Below are positions 24,813 through 34,286 of a DNA stretch of 45,072 nt, one piece after another. Source of the DNA: a virus (taxonomy: Duplodnaviria; Heunggongvirae; Uroviricota; Caudoviricetes); IMG/VR virus record IMGVR_UViG_3300009514_000009; one strand, 5' to 3'. The notes beneath the pieces were generated by a model. That model did no database searches and was not told where the DNA came from. It saw nothing but the letters and a program-made list of their open reading frames with translations. Position numbers and translations under genes: made by a program. The number at the start of each line of letters is the position of its first letter. Position 1 is the first letter of the stretch.

Positions 24813-25739
24813 TCAGCCCCCGGCGGCCTCAGCCTGCTTGTCGAGCTGGGCCAGATCGTCCTTCCACTTGGCGGGCCGGTGACCGAGCACGCCCATGTAG
24901 AAGACCTGCCCGAACGACGGGTTGAAGCTCCGCGGGAAGAAGGTGTCCCCGGCGCAGGTCTTGCCCGGCACGGCCATCCGCTGCTGCGGGAAGCCCCGGA
25001 AGTAGTAGCCCTTGTCGCCCGTGGAGGCGAGGACGACGTGACCGGAGTAGTAGTTCGCCGACCGCTTCTCCTTCTTGCCGCCGCGCCCGATGTAGGCGTC
25101 CACGACGATCTTGGCGTCGCTGGTGGACTTGCCCCCGGCGAAGTAGAGCATCTCCATCCCGGCGGAGCCGGTGACGGTGTACGCCCCGGTGTATTTGTAC
25201 ACGCCGACGCCGCGAGCCTTCATGCCGTCCTTGAAGCGGATGGCGGCGGGCTCGCCCTTGATCGCCAGCAGGAGGTCGTCGCCATCCGAGCCGACGCAGG
25301 TGCCGATCTTGTTGTCGTAGAGCTTGTAGGTGCCGATGCCCTTGCCCTTCGCGCAGACGAGCACCTGATCGCCCTTCTGGAAGCGGGGGCCGCTGCGCTT
25401 CTTCTGCGGCGGGCTGGTCTTGATCCCCAGCGTCCGGCTCACGAAGGACTCGACCTCGCCGGGCGACATCGGGCTCTGCGTGGACATCACCCAGCGCACG
25501 AACTCCTCGGTGTCCTTGCCCGCGACCTTGAGGACCGCTTCCTTGTCGGCCTTGTCCTTGAACCCCTCCAGCACGTCGGCGGGCATCTTGTCGCCCTTCT
25601 TGGCGATCTTGCTCACGTCCACGCCCATCTTCGCCAGCACGGGGAGGATCTCCGCACGCTTCTCAGGGTTGTCATGCGCCAAGCGGATGAGCTTCTTCCG
25701 CAGGGCCTTCTTCGTCTCGGCTGCCGTTCGCTGAGTCAT
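24813..25739 (-). CDS. hypothetical protein with N-terminal LRKKLIRLAH motif (putative virion protein)
   Basis: RBS GGAG; 308 aa; motif recalled from giant-phage proteins. Confidence 0.75.
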   Translation of the reverse strand: MTQRTAAETKKALRKKLIRLAHDNPEKRAEILPVLAKMGVDVSKIAKKGDKMPADVLEGFKDKADKEAVLKVAGKDTEEFVRWVMSTQSPMSPGEVESFVSRTLGIKTSPPQKKRSGPRFQKGDQVLVCAKGKGIGTYKLYDNKIGTCVGSDGDDLLLAIKGEPAAIRFKDGMKARGVGVYKYTGAYTVTGSAGMEMLYFAGGKSTSDAKIVVDAYIGRGGKKEKRSANYYSGHVVLASTGDKGYYFRGFPQQRMAVPGKTCAGDTFFPRSFNPSFGQVFYMGVLGHRPAKWKDDLAQLDKQAEAAGG

Positions 25740-25843
25740 CGTGGTGTCTCCACAGGCTATGCGGGTGTCTCCCGCTGGTTTGGGCGAGGGTCCCTTGCAC
25801 TACCTGTCGCATCGTATAGATGAACTAGCGTGGCCGGGCGGGG

Positions 25844-26053
25844 CTAGTAGCCGTCCGCCGCCCAGCCACCACCCTTGAGGTGGAACGTGCCGCCGCTGAT
25901 GAGCTTCTTCGTCTCGCCGCCGCACTCCTTGGGCTCGTCGCCGTTCGTCGGCTGCTCTGGGCAGTGGGGGCAAGGAGGGTTGGGGTCGGACATCTTCATC
26001 ATGCGGTCGAAGTGGTGCCCGCAGACCTCGCATTTGTACTCGTAGATGGGCAT
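25844..26053 (-). CDS. FmdB-family zinc-ribbon protein
   Basis: MPIYEYKCEVCG...CPHC...KKLIS...LKGGGW. Confidence 0.9.
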   Translation of the reverse strand: MPIYEYKCEVCGHHFDRMMKMSDPNPPCPHCPEQPTNGDEPKECGGETKKLISGGTFHLKGGGWAADGY

Positions 26054-26323
26054 CTAGCTCTCCGAAGGAACAGGGCTTTTGCCGAGGCGTTGGTCGCGGA
26101 TGGCCAGCATCTCCGCGTCCTCAACCTCGGTGTGGCGTTCAACGCGAGCCCCGATGAGCGTGGTCACCATGCTCTCGACGCTCTCCGCCTCCTCCGCTGT
26201 ACCCACCATCTTCCAGATCGTCATCGATCCGTCGTGATCGAGCACCGGGCCGATCTTGTCCGTGAGTCCCAGTCGAAAGGGCTGGCCACCACGGATGATG
26301 AACGTCCAGACCTTGCGGTCCAT
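26054..26323 (-). CDS. hypothetical protein, about 89 aa
   Basis: TGATG-coupled ATG at 26323. Confidence 0.65.
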   Translation of the reverse strand: MDRKVWTFIIRGGQPFRLGLTDKIGPVLDHDGSMTIWKMVGTAEEAESVESMVTTLIGARVERHTEVEDAEMLAIRDQRLGKSPVPSES

Positions 26324-26646
26324 CACGCTGCTCGGCTGACTGTCCCCTGTGCTGCTGTCCGCCATCTCGCCATCTCCTTCGCCTGTGTGCTCTTGGTGGA
26401 ACCCCACCCGGCGAACATGACGCTGAACGGCTGACCCGCAGGCACGAACACCGTGTCTAGCGCCTGCGCCAAGGACACCTTGCCCCCATCGGGCAAGGCC
26501 AAGGTCCGCCCCCCGAAGGGGTGGCCGTTGGCTGCTGCCACCAAGGCCTTCTGAGCGGCCTTGTAGGACTCCGGCGGGACCACTACCACCAGCCACGCCT
26601 TGCGGCTGCGGGCGAAGTCACAGGCGTACATGAAGTCGGCAATCAT
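26323..26646 (-). CDS. hypothetical protein, 107 aa
   Basis: Co-oriented, coupled. Confidence 0.65.
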   Translation of the reverse strand: MIADFMYACDFARSRKAWLVVVVPPESYKAAQKALVAAANGHPFGGRTLALPDGGKVSLAQALDTVFVPAGQPFSVMFAGWGSTKSTQAKEMARWRTAAQGTVSRAA

Positions 26647-26653
26647 GCCCTAC

Positions 26654-27721
26654 CTACCCGCCAGCCGTGAGAGCTGCATCCCCCGCGAGCAGACGACCTG
26701 CCCAACCCACCGAACGGATGTCCACCGTGTTGACGGCGGTGACCTCCAAGGTCACCCGCCCCCGACGCTCGCCCATCAGGCGGGTCAGATTCTTGGCGAT
26801 GGCCGCCGCGGCGATGTCGATGAGGCTGAACGCCGCCTGCGTTGCACCGGGGCCGTCGATGCCGACCGACCACTCGTGTGCGGCCAAGACCCCTTTCGAC
26901 GTGGGGTCGAAGGGGCGGACGGTCACGTCGAACCCCTCGCCCTTGAGCTTCACCTCGATGAGCTGCTCCAGCCCGGACAAGGCGGACCGCCGACCCTGCG
27001 TCGTCGAGAGGAACGCCCACGCGCTCTGCTTGCGCTCCTCTGGGCTCAGGGCCAGCAGGGCAGACCCGGAAGGCTCCGTGACCCGCACGGGGGCAGGCAG
27101 GTGCCCTCTGCGGTACTCAGGGGCATCTGCTGCATCGGACTTGCCGTCGAACACCAGATCTCGTTCCTTGCGGACGGCCAGAGAGGTTCCCTGCTCCTCG
27201 ACGAGACTGAGCAAGGCCGCGTCGCCGATGAGCGCCTTGCGCTCCGGCTCTTTGGCCTCGATCTTCTTCGCCACCTCGTCAGAGGCCTGCCCAAGCATCA
27301 TCCCAAGGGCGACGGGGTTGCGCACGTCGGTGTCCACTGCGACCGCAGGCTTGACGCCGGGGGTCAGCCCGCCTGTGCGCAGCTCGGGGATGTCTCCGTC
27401 GAACTGTGCTCGCTCGATGAGGGCCGCCTCGACCAACGGATTGAGGCGGGGCAGGCCCCGCTCCTTGTGCAGGATGAGCCCATTGTGGTCGAGCGGTTGG
27501 GCGGCATCCTCTGGACGCAGCGGCGTCAGCGCCTGCATGGCGACCTGCTGGAACCGTTGGCTGAGGGCCGGGTTGGACAGCACCACCTCGGACAAGGCGT
27601 GCATGGCCTCGGTCTCGGAGAGGCGACCGTTCTTCGCTTGGTCGAGGATCTCACCCAGCTCGGGAAACTCGGCAGCGACCTGCTCGGTGAACCGCCGGAA
27701 GACCTCGTTTGGGTCAGTCAT
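26654..27721 (-). CDS. hypothetical protein, 355 aa
   Basis: ATG 27721 after RBS GGAGG. Confidence 0.75.
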   Translation of the reverse strand: MTDPNEVFRRFTEQVAAEFPELGEILDQAKNGRLSETEAMHALSEVVLSNPALSQRFQQVAMQALTPLRPEDAAQPLDHNGLILHKERGLPRLNPLVEAALIERAQFDGDIPELRTGGLTPGVKPAVAVDTDVRNPVALGMMLGQASDEVAKKIEAKEPERKALIGDAALLSLVEEQGTSLAVRKERDLVFDGKSDAADAPEYRRGHLPAPVRVTEPSGSALLALSPEERKQSAWAFLSTTQGRRSALSGLEQLIEVKLKGEGFDVTVRPFDPTSKGVLAAHEWSVGIDGPGATQAAFSLIDIAAAAIAKNLTRLMGERRGRVTLEVTAVNTVDIRSVGWAGRLLAGDAALTAGG

Positions 27722-28421
27722 TGTTCTTGCCTCCGAGCGTGATCGTCGCACCCACCTCCACCACCCGATGCTTCGGCTTCAGGGGTGGTGCCCATGGGTC
27801 TGCTTCAGGCCGAGGTGGCTCTCGACTGCTCGCCGCGGGAGCCCCGCCGATCATCACCTCACCACGGTCAGGGGTGTTGCCTGCTGCGGGTTGCGAAGTC
27901 GGCGGAGCCTTTTTTGGCGGCTCCGGTGAAAAAAGTTGCTGCTGGGGGGGTTCACTTTCCGCCGGAGGGGGATCGTCCTCTACTTCAGGCTCGGGCGTCT
28001 CCTCCGCAAGAAACTGCTCTTGTTCGTTGGGTGAGGTGCGAAGTCGCCGAACAGCCTCATCTACTTGGGTCGCGGTGTCCCCGGAGGCACGGACGATCCT
28101 GCCGTCCGTGATGGGCAGCTCGATGTCGGGCACCGACCAGTCCCCTCGTCGTGCGCTGATCTCCAGCTTCATCGCCTTCTGGAGCATGTTGGGGAAGTCC
28201 AGCGCGTTGATGCGGGCGAACTCGGGGACGGAGAGATCGGCGGCGTTGTCGCCGAAGAAACGCTCTCGCCAAGTCGCGTTGCGGATGGCCATGGGGTCGT
28301 TCTTGGCGAACCCGGCCCAGTCGCACTCGGGGCGAGAGCAGCGGACGCACCATGTCTCGCGGAAGGTCTTGGGGTCTATCCGCAGGTCACCGCTGTTGCA
28401 CTCGGAGAGGAAGTCACTCAT
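27714..28421 (-). CDS. hypothetical protein with Cys cluster and Pro-rich C-terminus
   Basis: MSDFLSECN...WCVRCSRPEC. Confidence 0.7.
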   Translation of the reverse strand: MSDFLSECNSGDLRIDPKTFRETWCVRCSRPECDWAGFAKNDPMAIRNATWRERFFGDNAADLSVPEFARINALDFPNMLQKAMKLEISARRGDWSVPDIELPITDGRIVRASGDTATQVDEAVRRLRTSPNEQEQFLAEETPEPEVEDDPPPAESEPPQQQLFSPEPPKKAPPTSQPAAGNTPDRGEVMIGGAPAASSREPPRPEADPWAPPLKPKHRVVEVGATITLGGKNND

Positions 28422-28827
28422 CCCCGCCCGGCTCGTCCTCGTGGACCCATGCCGCGGTTTGATGGGACCCCGCGGTGCCAGGCCTGCGGAAGATGCCCGC
28501 CATGTGGCGGTTGCGCGGGGAAGCCTCGCCCTGTGCCGCATCCACGACCGGGCTCTCGGTCCCGTCCGGGGCCAGCAGGTACGGACCCCGTGTCTTCCAG
28601 ATGACCTTTCGCCGATGCGGGCAGGCCAAGCACTTGGCCTCCTCCATCATCATCAGCCCGCAGATGTCCTGCCACGTCCGAAGACGAGCATACTGGGCCG
28701 TGTCGATGACCTCGTTGGCCCGCAGATTCTCGACATCGCCCCCAGCTCCGGGGGGCGGGAAGGTCTTCCAATGGACACAGATGAAGGTCTGTTGGTTGTC
28801 GCCTTCCCCGATCTTGAGCGCCCTCAT
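28414..28827 (-). CDS. hypothetical protein with CLACPH motif
   Basis: RBS GAGGTG; overlaps downstream gene. Confidence 0.7.
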   Translation of the reverse strand: MRALKIGEGDNQQTFICVHWKTFPPPGAGGDVENLRANEVIDTAQYARLRTWQDICGLMMMEEAKCLACPHRRKVIWKTRGPYLLAPDGTESPVVDAAQGEASPRNRHMAGIFRRPGTAGSHQTAAWVHEDEPGGDE

Positions 28828-28872
28828 CCTGTTACACCTCTTGTGGCCGGTTGGCTGCCCATCCTACCCGCG

Positions 28873-31800
28873 TCACAGCCCTTGATGGTGGGCAAGAACG
28901 TAGAACTGTGTGTCATTGACGAGGATCTCCTCATCGGTCCAGCCCTTCAACACCGTGCCATCCGGCAGACGCAGGCGGAGCTTCCGCGTGCCGCCGTTGC
29001 GGCACTCCTTGATGATACGCGCCAACTTCACGCAGGTGATCGTCGTGAGAGGCGAGCGCAGGACGAACTCGTAGGCCCCGCCCGCGGTGTTGCCCCGAGG
29101 CGGGTCGAACTTCGGCACGTCAGTGAGCTGCGGCGGCTGGAACTCGACCGTAGCCCTCTCAGCCACCAGAGGTTCGTCAGGGAAGGGTGCCCGCTCCGGC
29201 TCAACTTCAGCAGGTGGGGCCACCGGGGCGGGTGGTGCCTCCGAAGTCTCTGCCGGAGCAGGTGCCGGCTCTGGAGTGGTGGGTTCAGTAGCAGCATCAC
29301 CAGTCGCCCCGAGGTTCTTGAACACCCGCCGCAGGGTCAGCGGGAAGCTGTGGGGCATGGCCTCCCATGCCGCTTGCTTGGCCGGGTAGGCCGCGCTGTC
29401 CTCTTGGAATGCGGAAGGTGAGTCGTAGTCCCGCAGCTCAGGTTTGCGGGGCGGCTTGACCTTTTTGTCACCATCGAACCGGACCTCGCGGTTGAGCATA
29501 GAGCTGAGGTCCCAGTTGACCGTCCAGTCCTGCCCGATCTCCGTGTCCGTCGTGAGCGGAATGGGCCAACGCTTCGCCATGATGAACGGGTTGCTGGTCA
29601 TGATCGGCACGATGTCGGCGATGGCCTCCTCGATGAGGTCGTCGCGGATCTCGAAGACCAGCTCGTCGTGCATCGAGGCGATGAGCCTCACCGTGTCGAG
29701 CCAGCCCTTGTTCTTGCAGTGCCTGTAGACCAACGCCATCGCGATCTTCATCACGTCGGCACCGCTGTTGTGAACGATCACGCCATCGCAGACGAAAGCG
29801 TGTGCGCAATCACCCACCTCGATGTCGTACATCTCGACAGGAATGCCCGTGTCATCCACATCTGCGACCTGCTCGTAGTCGAACTGAAGCAGGCTGGTGA
29901 GGATGGCAGGCACCTCATCTGGAGGCATCTTGGCGAGATACCGCAAGCATTGTGGCTTGCTCCCGGAGCCAGCCTTGAGGCGGAGCACTGCGGACTTCTC
30001 CGCACGAGGCAGATCCACATAGATGCTGCTCTTGTAGAGCACATCCCCAATGCGCTCGATGAGGTCTGGAGGAAGGGTGTGCCATTGACCCGTCCAGGGG
30101 TTTGCCTCGATGGCCACCAAACGGTCGGACTTCTTTGGCACCAGGAACCCCACCCGATCACGGTACGCCACCCGGTCTTTGATGGACACCCGCTTACTGT
30201 CTAGCCGGACGGTGGACCGGATGCCGAGGCTGCGAAGGAGCTTGTGCGTGTCCATCAGCAAGTCGGGGTTCGTGCTTCGCACATCCACGGCTTCCGCCAC
30301 GTTCACGCACCCGTCAGCACTGAAATAGCCCCGCAAGAAGGCCGCTCGGTGTTGAGCCGATTGCCCCCAGACCGCCTCGGGCACCCGCTTGGTGTAGGTG
30401 TTCCAGTCGTCCAGGCCCAACGTGCGACAGAACTCCCGGAAAGCTGTATTCCAGAAACAGACCTGCCACATGGGTCGGCGGTCATCCTCCCCGTGGCGGA
30501 CCTTCTCCGTCACGGTAGCCGTCAGCCCCATGGTGGCAAAGCGGTCCGCGTAAAAGCGGGCCTGTTGAGCAGCACCAGGCCCCCCGACGTGGATGATGAC
30601 CCCATCGTCTCGAATCGACCCATCCCCGATAACAAGTCCCAGAAGCTCCCAAAGGGCTTCATGATTGCCCTTGAAATGGAACCCCTTCTTGTTGTGGGCC
30701 GCTGTCCCATCGTCCTCGTGGTGCAGCACCGCTTCTGGGAGGTCTACGCCCACTGCATCTGTGACGACCCACGACTCCGGGGTCAAATCCTCTTGCCGCA
30801 CCCAGACCAGCACCCCTTTCTCGTACACTCGGAACCGATGGTCTGGACTGGTACGAAGAGTGAGTCCCGAAGTCAGGGTGGTGTGTATCAGTCGCTTGGG
30901 ACCAGACGGGAACGCTCGACCCCGTACCCAGCGAGTGCCCGTCCACACGTCGAAGTTTTGCCCAGAAAGGTCTTCTATACGACGAACACCGAGACTGGTG
31001 GGCACCCTGCTGTCCCCGTGGAGGCAGCCCTGAATCGGTCCGTTGACGCTGTTGCGCTCGGCCTTGGACCGGAACCCGCCGTCCGCCGACCAGATGTCCG
31101 GCACGGGGTAGATGCGCCCGAAGCCGGTCAGCACGAAGCCGTGCTTGTTGGCGAACTTGTGCTGGCCCTGCCACCACTGCTTCAGCCCGGTGTACGTCCC
31201 GTCGAACTGGTTCTTGATCCGCCAGCCCTCGTTCTTGTCCACATTGCAGGCCCGGACGACTGCGTTGCCACCGCCGCCGTAGCACAGGGCGAAGTTGACG
31301 CCCTTGGCGTTGCCGCGAAGCTGTTTCCACTCCGGGCGGGTCAGGGCATCGTCGCCGTAGATGCTCAGCGCAGTCAGCGTGTGCAGGTCGCCGATCTTGT
31401 CGCTGCCGCAGTTGGGGCAGCGGGTCGGCGGCGGCTTGGGGGTCGTGCTGCCATCCCCTCGCGGGAAGGTGCGGGTGCAGCCCGAGCAGCGGAAGAACTC
31501 CTCCAGCCACTTGATCTCGCGACTCAGGTTGGTGACGAGTCGCAGCTCCTCCCCGGCGAAGTCGATGGCGACGATCTTGTAGCCGGGACGGGCCACGATG
31601 CACTCGCGCAGCCGGGTCATGCAGGCCGGGCGACGGGGATCGTAGGTGGCGGGCATCGACTGGAGGTTAATGGGCGGCCAGCCGGGGATGCGCTTGGTCT
31701 TGGCCGAGGCTAGCTCACGCTCCTTCGCTGGGGTGCTGAAGCGGCCCGTGTCCACCTTGTGCGCGTTGAAGTTGATGCGCATGGTGAAGTCGTTGGGGTC

Positions 31801-33129
31801 CACATCCTCCAACATCGGGAACAGGTAGCTGCTCAAGGCCTTGTTCGTCTCGCGGAACCGCTTGATGAGGCCCATGAACGGGAACCGGGCCTCCGCCGCC
31901 TTGATCACGCCTTCCAGCACATCCTTGCTGGTCTTCACCTGATTGGACTTCTCGGTGCGGACGAGGCCGGGGACGCCCATCTCGTCGAACATCATGCCGA
32001 GCTGGACCGGGGCATTCACGTCGTAGATGAGGGGCCACTTCTGCCCTCGCGTCTCGGCTTTGCCCACCGGGTTGGGGTAGAAGCGATCCTCGTGCGACTT
32101 GGCCACCGTGATCTGGTCCGGCAGCAGGTTGACCGGGTTGTCGTGCTCCCAGTTGTCCCGCAGCACCTTGTAGTAGCCCGGCATCACATCGCGACCAAGG
32201 ATCTCGGTCGCCGCCCGGTAGACCTCCATGATGGAGTCGAACCACTCCTGCTGGCCGAGCTTGATCAGCTCCATGACCTTCTCGGGGCTGGTCGGGATGA
32301 GGTTGCGCTCCATCCACCGACACGCGATCACGCAGCCCTTCTCGATGCGGTAGATCTGCTTCTGGCTGAACCCGTGCTTGGGGTTGGTGACCTCGGGCAA
32401 GAGCAGGTCGCAGAGCAGGTAGGTGCAGATGGCGTCGGAGCAGCCGTAGACCAATGGCCCCTTCTCCGAGGGGTCGAGCAACGAGTAGTCGTACTGCGTC
32501 TTCGGGTGGTCCGCCGGGAACAGGTCTTCCAGCTCCAACATCTTCATGCCGAGGCCGGGGCCACCACAGGCATGGGTGTTGTCCGCGTCCACCGGAGCCT
32601 CGGACAGGGCTTTCAGCCCCTTGCGACGTGACCGACTGTGCCGCAGGTAGGCGAGGATGAGGGTGTCCTCCCACCGCTTGGTGGCGTCCCACTTGCCGAA
32701 GGGCTCGCCGCCGTGGAACTCCAAGAACTCCATGTCGAACTTGCCGTTGTGGAAGATGGCGACGACCTGATCGGCGTCCACCGCGGCCATCAGGCGGCGG
32801 AACTCTGGCTCGAAGATCGACCACGGGACGTTGTGCTCGGCCCCCGCTTTGTGTCGAAGCGGGATGTACCAGCCCGTGATGCCGTCACCGGACAAGCAGA
32901 CCCCGACGATCTTGTCCTTGGTAGTCCCGGTGGACTTGTCCACCCGGTTGTCGATGCCCGTCGTCTCAAGGTCGAGGGCGAACCGCCCGTTGACCCCGTT
33001 GATGCAGGCGTCGATGCACTCGGTGATGTTATCCGGCGTGACGAGGACGAACTTGAACGCCCCCGACTCCATCCACGGCTGGTAGACGATTTCCTTCCAG
33101 TCGCTGAGGATGTCGAAAAGGTCAAGCAT
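28873..33129 (-). CDS. polA: family A DNA polymerase (3'-5' exonuclease plus polymerase) containing an intein
   Basis: ALDLETTG, FHNGKFD, YGCSD (exo); VDTGRFS, NLQSMP, AIDFAGEELR, RGNAKGVNFALCYG, NGPIQG|SGAD, MHDELVFE. Confidence 0.95.
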   Translation of the reverse strand: MLDLFDILSDWKEIVYQPWMESGAFKFVLVTPDNITECIDACINGVNGRFALDLETTGIDNRVDKSTGTTKDKIVGVCLSGDGITGWYIPLRHKAGAEHNVPWSIFEPEFRRLMAAVDADQVVAIFHNGKFDMEFLEFHGGEPFGKWDATKRWEDTLILAYLRHSRSRRKGLKALSEAPVDADNTHACGGPGLGMKMLELEDLFPADHPKTQYDYSLLDPSEKGPLVYGCSDAICTYLLCDLLLPEVTNPKHGFSQKQIYRIEKGCVIACRWMERNLIPTSPEKVMELIKLGQQEWFDSIMEVYRAATEILGRDVMPGYYKVLRDNWEHDNPVNLLPDQITVAKSHEDRFYPNPVGKAETRGQKWPLIYDVNAPVQLGMMFDEMGVPGLVRTEKSNQVKTSKDVLEGVIKAAEARFPFMGLIKRFRETNKALSSYLFPMLEDVDPNDFTMRINFNAHKVDTGRFSTPAKERELASAKTKRIPGWPPINLQSMPATYDPRRPACMTRLRECIVARPGYKIVAIDFAGEELRLVTNLSREIKWLEEFFRCSGCTRTFPRGDGSTTPKPPPTRCPNCGSDKIGDLHTLTALSIYGDDALTRPEWKQLRGNAKGVNFALCYGGGGNAVVRACNVDKNEGWRIKNQFDGTYTGLKQWWQGQHKFANKHGFVLTGFGRIYPVPDIWSADGGFRSKAERNSVNGPIQGCLHGDSRVPTSLGVRRIEDLSGQNFDVWTGTRWVRGRAFPSGPKRLIHTTLTSGLTLRTSPDHRFRVYEKGVLVWVRQEDLTPESWVVTDAVGVDLPEAVLHHEDDGTAAHNKKGFHFKGNHEALWELLGLVIGDGSIRDDGVIIHVGGPGAAQQARFYADRFATMGLTATVTEKVRHGEDDRRPMWQVCFWNTAFREFCRTLGLDDWNTYTKRVPEAVWGQSAQHRAAFLRGYFSADGCVNVAEAVDVRSTNPDLLMDTHKLLRSLGIRSTVRLDSKRVSIKDRVAYRDRVGFLVPKKSDRLVAIEANPWTGQWHTLPPDLIERIGDVLYKSSIYVDLPRAEKSAVLRLKAGSGSKPQCLRYLAKMPPDEVPAILTSLLQFDYEQVADVDDTGIPVEMYDIEVGDCAHAFVCDGVIVHNSGADVMKIAMALVYRHCKNKGWLDTVRLIASMHDELVFEIRDDLIEEAIADIVPIMTSNPFIMAKRWPIPLTTDTEIGQDWTVNWDLSSMLNREVRFDGDKKVKPPRKPELRDYDSPSAFQEDSAAYPAKQAAWEAMPHSFPLTLRRVFKNLGATGDAATEPTTPEPAPAPAETSEAPPAPVAPPAEVEPERAPFPDEPLVAERATVEFQPPQLTDVPKFDPPRGNTAGGAYEFVLRSPLTTITCVKLARIIKECRNGGTRKLRLRLPDGTVLKGWTDEEILVNDTQFYVLAHHQGL
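29767..31026 (-). mobile_element. LAGLIDADG-containing intein in the DNA polymerase (420 aa)
   Basis: Begins CLHGDSRV after PIQG; LLGLVIGDGS and FLRGYFSADG; ends VIVHN followed by Ser. Confidence 0.92.
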
Positions 33130-33149
33130 GATGCGCTCCGTCGTGCGTC

Positions 33150-33647
33150 CTACACTCCTACCCCGCCCACCACGAACTCGTCCCCCGCCACGATGACAAC
33201 GTACCGACCTTCTGCCCACGCAAGGGTCACGATGGACATCGCCCGGACCGCTCTGTCCTCGGGGGTGCTCTCGCCTGCTTCAGGGCTCCAGCACTCGGGC
33301 AGTTTCTTGCTCCGGGGCTGGCACCGCTTGGCGTCGTACATCACGCAGTCGCCTGCGACGGAGCACCTGTCGTGGGGGCTCGGGATGCGGATGAGCTGGT
33401 GCTTGGGTTCTGGTCCGATCTGCTCCATCAGCGGTCGCATGTGACCGTGCAGGGCGTGGCTGAACGCCTCCCCGGTCACGACCGGAAGGAGCGCGGCGAA
33501 CGCGGGCTCCTTCCGCAGGGGAGCCAGCTCGCCCCACGGGTCGATGATGAGGGTGTCGCCCTCCCGCCGCTCAGAGGGCACCGGGCGGAGGATCTGGATG
33601 ATCCCGCCCAAGGACCCCGCGTCGAGGTTGAACCGTTGGAGCTTCAC
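33150..33647 (-). CDS. hypothetical protein with Cys cluster
   Basis: GTGA coupling with upstream gene. Confidence 0.7.
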   Translation of the reverse strand: MKLQRFNLDAGSLGGIIQILRPVPSERREGDTLIIDPWGELAPLRKEPAFAALLPVVTGEAFSHALHGHMRPLMEQIGPEPKHQLIRIPSPHDRCSVAGDCVMYDAKRCQPRSKKLPECWSPEAGESTPEDRAVRAMSIVTLAWAEGRYVVIVAGDEFVVGGVGV

Positions 33648-34261
33648 GTCGAGTAGTGCTCCTTGACCTTCTCGGCGATGCGCTCCCGCAGACCGACAAG
33701 AATCGTCCGGCCCTTGTGCTCGGTCCAGACTCCGCCGTCCCCACGAGGTCCCCGGACGTGGAACACCGCCTTGTCGAAGGCTTCCCAGAAGGACAGCAGC
33801 CGGTCAAGAGGCAGGTCCCGATCTCGGGTCAGGCCGTCGAGCATGGCCCGCACCCGGCCCTCCTCATCGGCGAATGTCGTGTGGTGCTGAAGGTGGAGGC
33901 CCATCTCGGCCAGCGCGGCTTCACCCCGCTCATCTGAGCCGTAGTCCATTGGCAGTGGGTCGAGCCCCACCGCCTGCTCCAGCACCTTCACGGCCTCCCA
34001 GAAGCTCATGTTCTGCTTGGCTCGGAGCGTCTCGATGGGGTCGCGGGTCAGGCCGCAGCCGAAGCAGTACCACGAGTTGCTGTCAGGGTAGACGCGGGCA
34101 GAGGGCTTGTCGTCGTGACCCGAGCCGTGCAGGTCGCAGCGGAACTGCTGCTCGCGGTCCCCACCGTCTTCGCGCACGTCGAACCCGAGAGTCGCCAGCA
34201 CCCGGATGATGGGCACCTTCTCTCGGATGCGGTCAGCGGCAGCTCGGGCACGAGTGGTCAT
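33644..34261 (-). CDS. DnaG-type CHC2 zinc-finger protein (primase ZBD without TOPRIM)
   Basis: CDLHG...DDKPSARVY...WYCFGCG...D-x-I...SFWEAV. Confidence 0.85.
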   Translation of the reverse strand: MTTRARAAADRIREKVPIIRVLATLGFDVREDGGDREQQFRCDLHGSGHDDKPSARVYPDSNSWYCFGCGLTRDPIETLRAKQNMSFWEAVKVLEQAVGLDPLPMDYGSDERGEAALAEMGLHLQHHTTFADEEGRVRAMLDGLTRDRDLPLDRLLSFWEAFDKAVFHVRGPRGDGGVWTEHKGRTILVGLRERIAEKVKEHYST

Positions 34262-34286
34262 GCCCGAGCTTACCCGCTGAACGCGA

